Below are positions 54,950-64,000 of a stretch of 64,000 nt of DNA, piece after piece. The translations under genes and the position numbers were made by a program. Position 1 is the stretch's first letter, and each line of letters opens with the position of its first letter. The stretch lies in the NCBI RefSeq assembly GCF_009914755.1, contig NC_060933.1; one strand, 5' to 3'. The notes below the pieces were generated by a model. That model did not search any database. It was given only the letters and a program-made list of their open reading frames with translations, and was not told where the DNA came from. The stretch is from the human T2T-CHM13v2.0 reference genome, Homo sapiens.

Positions 54950-56200
54950 TGAGGCCTGGACGGCCGTGTGGGGAATAAGATGCGCGGCTATTTCTAGGCA
55001 GGGGATGGGCGTGGCGGGCGGCGGGCCGGGTGTGCTGGCAGCGCAGCATCCCTGCGGGCGGAGAGGGCGTCTGCAGATGAGCTCGGAGGCCGAGGCCCGG
55101 GAGGACCGCGGATGCAGCGGCTGCGCACTGGTACGACCAGCCGGCCGATTTGCGTGTCTCCGCCCCTACAACGAGCTGGTTGGGGGGCTGTTCTGGTGCC
55201 GCGCGCCGATTGGATGAGAGGCTCGCCGCTCAGGCCCTGGAGCGGACGGTTCCTACTGCGGCTGGGCACCGGCTCCGCTCCCGCGTCTGCCCGCGCTCCA
55301 GCTGCGCCTGGCCCGGCCCCGGCCCGGCTCGGCGTGGCCCCGGCCTCCAAGCGAAGGCGCCGCTGCCGCTGGGCCGCTCCCAGGGCCATGAGGAAGCGGC
55401 GGCAGCCACTGCGGCCCGCGTCAAGGTGACCGGCCGGGACTGCGGCGGCGGGGAGAGCGGCGGTGAGAGGCGCGGCCGACGGGGCGGGGCGGGGCGGGGC
55501 GGGCCCTGAGGCCGGGCCTGAGGGAGCTGCAGGTGTGGGGGGCGGGACCCCGAGGGCCGCCGAAGCCGGGGAGGGGCCTCGGTGCGGGAGGCGGGGCCGG
55601 GGCCGTGCCTGCGGGTGCCCGGCGCCGGGGCCTGGCCGGGGTCCGGGGGTTCTGGGGTCCGGGGCCAGGGGCGCGCTGGTCCCCGGGAGCGTGAAGGACG
55701 GCGGGGAAGAGGCGCGGGCGCGGGGGGCGGGGCCGGGGGGGCAGTTGGGCGGGGCGCCGCGGCTGCAGGTGCGGGGCGCGGGGCCGGCGGGGCTGCCGTG
55801 GGCGGGGCTGTGGGGTGCGGCCCGCGCTGGACCCAAGGAAAGCACAGGTGCGGGGGGCGGGGCCCGGGGACCTGCAGCGGTGGGGGGCGGGGCCCGGGTG
55901 GCTGCGGTACGGAAGCAGGGCCCCAGGTGAGGAGCAGGCGAGGGTGAGTGGTCGCCCGAGAAGGAAAGGCCGCCCTCTCCGCTGCCCAGGGGTGCTTGGG
56001 TGGGAGCGGGGGCCTTGGGCTCCCTGAGGATTCTGGGGGCATCCGGGGCTGCCGCTAGAAGGGCCGTCCGGGCCTGCCTGTGCCTCTGCTGACTCGGGCT
56101 TGGAGCTCAGCTGCCCTGGTTACTGGCCGGTTGCCTCCCCTATGCTACGCCGCGCCCTAAGTGGGGCGCGCTGTTTTTCGCACCTCAGGGGCTTTCCTGT
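54950..56200 (+). promoter_or_regulatory. RALGPS1: CpG island / promoter of the downstream gene
   Basis: CpG-rich; inverted CCAAT (ATTGG 55209-55213); many GC boxes; gene identity from known synteny ZBTB43-ZBTB34-RALGPS1, not from coding sequence. Confidence 0.8.
55232..55425 (+). other. RALGPS1: RALGPS1 exon 1 (5'UTR; start approximate)
   Basis: Downstream of the CCAAT box; donor AAG|GTGACC followed by G-run-rich intron. Confidence 0.65.
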
Positions 56201-56652
56201 TGCTATTGAAGGGGCTTGCCAGGATGCGGGGGGCGGGGGGTTGGTTGTCATTGGATGATCGGTTGTTGAAAAATGTGTGTGCTTGAAGAGTAGTATGAGG
56301 CTTGGAGGGGTCCTGGCTTGCTGGCCACTGGTACCAGAAGCTGCTGTAGATCTCAGCAGTGCGTCTCAAAAAGACTGAAATGGCAGCCTGTTAAGTGGGG
56401 AGAGCAGGGATGAGAATTCAGAAGCTTTTGACTATGCTACCTGGGAGAGTTTTTCACCTGTTTCCTCCGTTGCAAAATGAGCATGTTAGTACCTGCCTGT
56501 GTGCCTCCCAGGGGCCTGGTGAGGATAGGATGAAACAGTGCCTACTGAGCAAATCGCTGGATAAAGTTATGAGTTTCCTTTTTCTTGTGCCGATGGGCAG
56601 GTTGGATTCAGGGACTGGAGAGTCTAAAGAAGAGAGGGTTTGTTTCTAGTTA

Positions 56653-57240
<588 letters not shown>

Positions 57241-57924
57241 CAAAAATCCCCAAAAGAAGACCCCCAAAAGAAGGCAATGCCTGACTCCACTGTGTACCCA
57301 CAGGGGCGGGGAGAAGGAAGCAGGATGACAGGGCTTTTTCTGAATTTCAGAAGAGTGTTGTATACCCATATATGTGACCTTTCAAAGCCCAGTGCCTCTG
57401 CTCACTGGTAGTTGACCAGTCCAAACTGTAATGCCTCCTACCTTCGTTGCATGGACAGAAGTGAAGGTAGGTGGAGCCTTCTCTACTAACCTGAATTTTT
57501 TTTTTTTCACTGTAGAAGCTGTGGGACTTTAGGGGCCAGGAACCATGGTGCTGGCCTCCCTCATTACCACTAGTTGGTGCAGTGGTGACCCAGTAGCATT
57601 GAGGGGATTAGGCCCTTACTGGTGCCTGTGCTTGTGTGGCAGGTCCCAGAGGATCTAGAAGCAGCATGTGAGAGTTCTCCCACTCTGTCTTGGCAGAAGC
57701 GGTGTTAATGGCTCTCAGAGACTGCTGCTGTCTGAGTGACCATCATGCTCTTTGGGTTAGAAGGAAAGCTCAAACTTGGTGGCAAAGAAGACCTAGAACA
57801 TGTGTTGAATAATGAGGGGATTAGCAACATTCAGGGTGGAGAGAAATACTTCATTAATGAAAAATACTGCATGTGAGGCTCTGTGATATGGCCCACCTCT
57901 TGAAATGGATTTTCCTTTTCAGTA

Positions 57925-58100
57925 TGGAGGGTAAGAGCTCAGACTTGGAAGTCAGTCAGGTCTGTTTGAAACTGCAGGCTGCCACCTCCTGCTGAGTGAA
58001 CCAGCACTACTTCCTTAGCTTCACAGAGCTTTGGTTTCTTTATTTGTAAAGCAAGGATAACCATGCCCACCTTGTGAGGTTGTTATGAAGAATAAATGAG
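57925..58100 (+). mobile_element. MIR SINE
   Basis: MIR core motifs. Confidence 0.6.
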
Positions 58101-58780
58101 ACAGGAGGGGAGAAGGCACCTGATCCACCTGGTTAGGGTCCTGTTCTGTCTCTCACTGCCTGCCCATCTTTCAACACAAGCTACTCAGAACAGCATGTAA
58201 CATGCAAGGAGAGCAGGACAGGGAATTCTGAGGCCTCTATTTTTTATGTAACCTTGAACAAATCCCTTCCTGTCTCCAGACCTTGGGTTTCTTAGCTGAG
58301 TGAGGAGGGTGTTAGACTATGTGATCACCAAGAGTCCTTCGAGCTCTAGCCTTCTGGTTAGCATGCCGTCATCTTTTCTTCAAAGGCAGGAGGGAGGAAA
58401 CTAATGACCTCTTGTTTAGTTCTTCTTTTAAAAATATCTGTCTAGCACCTTGCCTGGCCATAGTAGGTGCTCACCGAATGCTTGTTGAAAGAACAGATGA
58501 AGGACTTTGACTGGAAAGAAGGTGTGGCAAGTTGTCCCTGCTACTTTTATGCATATGGTTTCTGTACCCTTAACATACATTTTATTTATTGCACAAAAAT
58601 ATTGTAACATTAGTAAAATTAGTGAACTTCAACATAAAAGACAAAAGTTGTTGCATGGTTTCATTTCATCACACATTAAATTCATTCAATTTTTGTTCGT
58701 AAACATACATAATTCTTCATGGTTGCAATCGTACGTATGTAAGCATTTGGGAAAGGCCCAGTAATAAATGGTTTCTTTGA

Positions 58781-59417
<637 letters not shown>

Positions 59418-59929
59418 CCACACATGGATTTTTTTTAAGGCTAGTGAGGGAATAAGTTGTAAGTGTCTTTCTTGCCTCAAGTTGACAGTTCCTAGTCCTT
59501 TTCCCTAGAGGCAGCCACTGTTACCAGTTTCTTGTTTATTATATATTCTTTCTCTTACACAAAGAATAGCATTTTATACATACTCATTGGTGCTTCATGT
59601 ATCCACTTGATTTACTTTGGACATTGTTCTAGCATTGGAAAATGTGTCAGTTAGTATATACAGTTCCTTCTTAATAAATGTTTTTGACTGATATAAGCAT
59701 AATTTTGTACCTCCACCCCCCACACCCCAATGATGTTTACTCAGTATTGGTTAGCAGTCATTGTTTAGAAGACTAACAAGAGACATCCTTTGTCCTAGGA
59801 AAAAAAGTGGCCTTGGTCCCAGTGAACAGTAGATTAAAGGGCAATCCATGTATCTGGATGCAAGGCGGAGTACAGAAAGAGAAAGGAAAAGAGATTTGTT
59901 CACTGGTAATTGAGAACTGATTTTCCATT

Positions 59930-60160
59930 CAGGCCTTGATTCAAAGTCCAGCTCTGTCACTTACTGGCTGTGTGACTTGGAACAATTTATCTAATCTTTT
60001 TGCATCTTAGTTTCCATATCTGTAAAATAGATAATGATAATAGGATCTGTCTTTGGGGGTTTTTGTGCGGAGGAAGGGAGATCATGCTATGCAAAGTACA
60101 TACAGCAATAGCAGGTCATAGTAGGTGCTTAAGAAGGATGAGCTGCTATGTTATTAATAA
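59930..60160 (+). mobile_element. MIR SINE
   Basis: ccagctctgtcacttactggctgtgtgac...atctgtaaaatag. Confidence 0.75.
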
Positions 60161-61309
60161 TCTGAAATAGATTCTATTCTTTGTGAGCAGATATTTACTG
60201 GACAATTAAGGGTGAGCCATGGAGAATACCTAAAGTCCTTGCCTTTGAGGTGCTCACATGCTGTGTGTGGAGATCGGCGCACAAGCCATTGATTACCAAA
60301 CAGTATAGTGGGCCAGGTCGTGGGAGGCGAGCATTGTGTGAGATCACAGAGGCAGGGAACAGTGACTTCTCCCTGGGGTGGTTTGGAATGCCTCCTCAGC
60401 TCAAATTTTCCCTCCTTTGTGAAACCTACTTAATTTTTCCAGGCACCCTCCTATTTGTACTCCCTTGACTTTCATTCTGTGTGTACCTGGATCAGAGCAC
60501 ACATCATGTTATTGCATGTGTGACTTTTTGCCTGTGTCTCTACTCTGCACAGGGAAAGTCTCCTGCTTTCTTTGCTGCTGGGTCTCCAGAGCTTGACACA
60601 GGGTAGGCTCTTGTTGAATAGTGTGATGGACCTGTGCTTAGACAAATCATACTACTAAGTGGTGGCAAATTCTTATTTATACGTCACCAGGTCTCTGGTG
60701 AAACCCATTCTCTGGACTCTACTTCTTCACTCCCCAAATATTTGAGTGCTGACTCTGAGACAGGCATGTGCTGTGCTATATGCTAGGTGTAGGCTTTGGG
60801 TATGGCTGATGATACTTGTCCTAAAAAATCTTAGGGATGGGGAAGAAGGAAATATTTGTTGCAGATGCTGAAAGTCAAGATGAGGAAGCAGAAAAATGGA
60901 CAAGTCTGGAATGAGCTGCTCATGCTTGCTGAAACTCACCTCTCCTTTCCACAGAAGTATGGCTGCTCTCCCTTGCCTTGGGCTGGAGTTGTGGAGGTGC
61001 AGGCCAAAGGAGCTGAGTAGGTGGCTCATAGATTTTAACTCGGGGGAAGAGTTGGTTGGATTGGCTTCTGTGAGGAGTGTTTCTGGGCCTCCTTTCGTGG
61101 CAGAGAATACACTTGACTTTCTTCAGGTGGGCATTCATTAACCTGCCTTGCTGGGCTCTTGCTTTGGGCTCAACCTTGTTATGGATGCTGGACACATGCA
61201 GATGAAGCTTTGTCCCTGCCCTTTGGGATCTCACAGTCAGTGGAGAAGTCACCCACAAACAGAAGGTGACTGAAGGCGATTGGCCATAACAGAGAACCTC
61301 TCATGAAGT

Positions 61310-61560
61310 GGCCAAGCAGTTTCAGGCTCGGGGCCAGGCAGACCCGGGTTCAAATCCTGCCTCTGTCACAGACAACCTGTGTGACCATGGGCAGGTGTCT
61401 TCCCAGCTCTGAGTCTTGGTTTACTGATTTGGTAAAGTGGGGATAGCAGTTTTACCTAACTTAGGGCTGTTGAAGATTTCAGTGAAATAATGCAGTGCAG
61501 TGTTTAGCACAGTGCCTGCTGGGAAGCTAATGCTTACAGAGTGCTCACTATTGTAATTAT
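61310..61560 (+). mobile_element. MIR SINE
   Basis: cagacccgggttcaaatcctgcctctg...gtgtttagcacagtgcctg. Confidence 0.8.
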
Positions 61561-62054
61561 ACGTGATGCTGTGGGAGAACCAAGAAGCACCTCTTGAGCT
61601 GTTTCTCAGGGTCCTAGTGATAGTGTCGTGGTCATGATGAAAGTTAGGTATTGAATGTGAAGGTCAAGTCGTCTGAGAGATCAACTCTGAAGTCACCAAG
61701 CGCTCAAGGAGTCCTCAGGACCTTCCTCACTAGCCCTGTGGCTGATATTATGGCTCCAGGGCTATAGGCTTGTCTGTAAGTGTTTCCTCCCCACTTTCTG
61801 CGTGAGCTCTTCTGAAAGATACATTTCACCTGTCATCATTGTGAACACCTTTTCTTTGTCTGAGTACCTGCACTGATCATTCCATGACTTCTCCCCAAGG
61901 AGAGGCATGAGTTGTACTTGTCTCACCTGTGCTTGCTGAGGAGCGCAGAGACCTGAAGACCCAGAACAGCAAATAATTCCTTGGTTTTTCTGTAGAGCTT
62001 TCAAGTCTGTCGTGTTCTTCTTTGCAGGAGATTTATCTCCTGAGCATCAGAGAG

Positions 62055-62300
62055 GCAGATAGGGCAGTGCTTAAAACACGGACTCTGGAGTTGGGACACA
62101 AACAGATGTGGGTTTGTGTCCTGACACCATCACTCACAAGCCATGTGGCTTTGAGCAAATGACTATACCTCTGTTTCCTCATCGATACAAGAGGTGAGAT
62201 AGTACGCGCCTTTGTGTGGTTCGTACAGGGTTTCAGGGAGACGCTACAAAATAGGGCTTAGCAGAGGGCTTGCACATTGTGAGCACCCAGGAAGTGGGAG
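62055..62300 (+). mobile_element. MIR SINE
   Basis: gactctggag...ctctgtttcctcatc. Confidence 0.65.
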
Positions 62301-64000
62301 CTAGAATAGTGTCCTCTTTTCACCCAGGGTAGTAAGATTTTTAGGATGCTTTTCTCAGGGTATTAATGTATTGTCTGTGGAAGTTATATGAGTTACTGCA
62401 CAAGCAATGTGTTAAAACACACATGTACTTGGTGATGGGGGGCTGGGAAGCATGTCCAGGGTGGCAGGCAGAACTCTTCCTGCGCTGGGATTGCAGAGGC
62501 AAGCCTCAGCTCCCACAAAGACATAGGGTACTGGTGAGGGAGAGGACGGAGCCATTCTGGGCGCGTTTGTCTCAGGCCCATTTAGGAACTGGGGGCTGCT
62601 TCTCAAGTTCTTTCTGTTTAATCATTCCATTATTCCGTGTAAATGATTGGTCTTTAATATAAACTGATAATGCAACATGATACTTTCCCTCTTCAGGATT
62701 TAAATATTTATTTTTTAAGGTTAAGTCAATTTTTGAGTAAGCAGAAGAAAATCTGAATCTTTGGCCTTGACATCATAGGTTTCTTTTAAAATCATCTGAG
62801 ATGAAAGGAAGAATAGGGAATGTATTTAAGTCCATGTTTATTGGATACAGTAATTATCACCCACTGTTGTATAAGCCTGATAACTAGGGCAAGGGAAGTT
62901 TGTGCTTTTGGCATATTTCTGAATAATTAAATATTTATGGAAAACAAGTTAATAGATTCAAGACAATTTGCTGTGTCTTTCTCTGGCATAAAGTTCGTTA
63001 TGTGGAATTACAGAGAGGATTAGTCCTCTGTGCATCTGTTTATTTTTTCCTTCTAGGCACCATATCTCTAACACTTTCAGTCCACTAGCATTTATAGATT
63101 GCTCTCCTACTGGGCTCCCACAACTCTCTCACTGTGTGCCCTGCCTTAGCATATAGTACAATTGTGCCCACCAGTGACTCCCTCATGACCTTTCTCTAGA
63201 CTTTACAGAGTGAGAGTCCACATTTGTTCTTGCGTATTCAGGGCCTACCCCAGGGCTGGTACAAGGCAGCCAGAATGGTCTGAGCATGCCATTCCCTTTG
63301 CTTAAAAGCCTCCAGTGGCTTCTAATTTCTGTCAGAAAAAAGACCACATCATTAGCATGGCCGGTGAGGTGTAAGAATATGCTTTCTAGGGTAATTGCTG
63401 GATATGTCTGTCTCTCCTGGTGCAGTACAGTCCCATCAGGTCATGGGCCGTGACTGTTTTGCCCACCAGCAGGTCCTCAGTGCCTAGCCTAGCATCCGGC
63501 CTGTAGTAGATGCTCCTTAAGTGTTTATTGGATGAACAAATGGAGTAAATAGTGGGCTCCCAGTGACTGATCTGAATCTATAAAATGAGAAGGTTGTTAG
63601 ATCGGAGGTTCTGTCCATTATACAATATCTCAACCCTTTACAACACTTAAAAAGTTCTCTTCACACTTTTTATTCCAGCCTTATGTTGATTCTGCAGGTA
63701 GCTAGGGCAGGTTTTGATGTGCATAGAAGACAATGGAAGCTTAGAGAGGTTAAACACATTGCCCAAGATGTAGCTGTGAGAGAAGCTGAGGGTCCTAACG
63801 CCTCAAGTGCCTGTTCTCATGCTCCTGGCTGCCTCAAGGTGTGGCTTCTGACACACTCATTGTAGAAGTCGCAGGTGAGATAAGGTGACAGGGCTTCATT
63901 GGAAAAAGGTACTTATAATAGTTTTTCTTGGTTTTAGATATTTCAGTTTCCAGATAATTGAATTTGAGGAGTTGAGTTAAATTTGGAATGATGGGTTTAA

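Noticed and set aside
54994-56042. 270-283 aa Pro/Ala-rich antisense ORFs
   Set aside because: CpG-island composition artefacts.

Overview
Primate (almost certainly human, 9q33.3 by gene order) genomic DNA; not microbial. It contains the whole ZBTB34 gene on the + strand: CpG-island promoter and non-coding exon 1 ending at 468, a ~19.3 kb intron, one coding exon (BTB/POZ plus 3 C2H2 fingers, CDS 19824-21338) and a ~5 kb repeat-free 3'UTR ending near 26300. A ~29 kb intergenic region follows, made of Alus, LINE/MIR remnants and two nested, decayed ERVL proviral fragments. A second CpG island (~54950-56200) carries exon 1 of the next gene (RALGPS1, called from synteny), and the rest is its intron 1. 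All other ORFs in the track are artefacts of Alus, GC-rich DNA, simple repeats or decayed ERV. I find no evidence of a wholly new biological system. The most interesting signals are: a 782-nt purine-free (C5-6T2-3)n tract in ZBTB34 intron 1; a layered translation-initiation region in ZBTB34 (AUG-UGA start-stop, in-frame CUG, weak then strong AUGs, and a candidate cassette exon at 3320-3440); dense repeated miRNA and Pumilio sites in the 3'UTR; and several rearrangement scars in the ERV block. Repeat family names come from recalled consensus sequences and boundaries are approximate.
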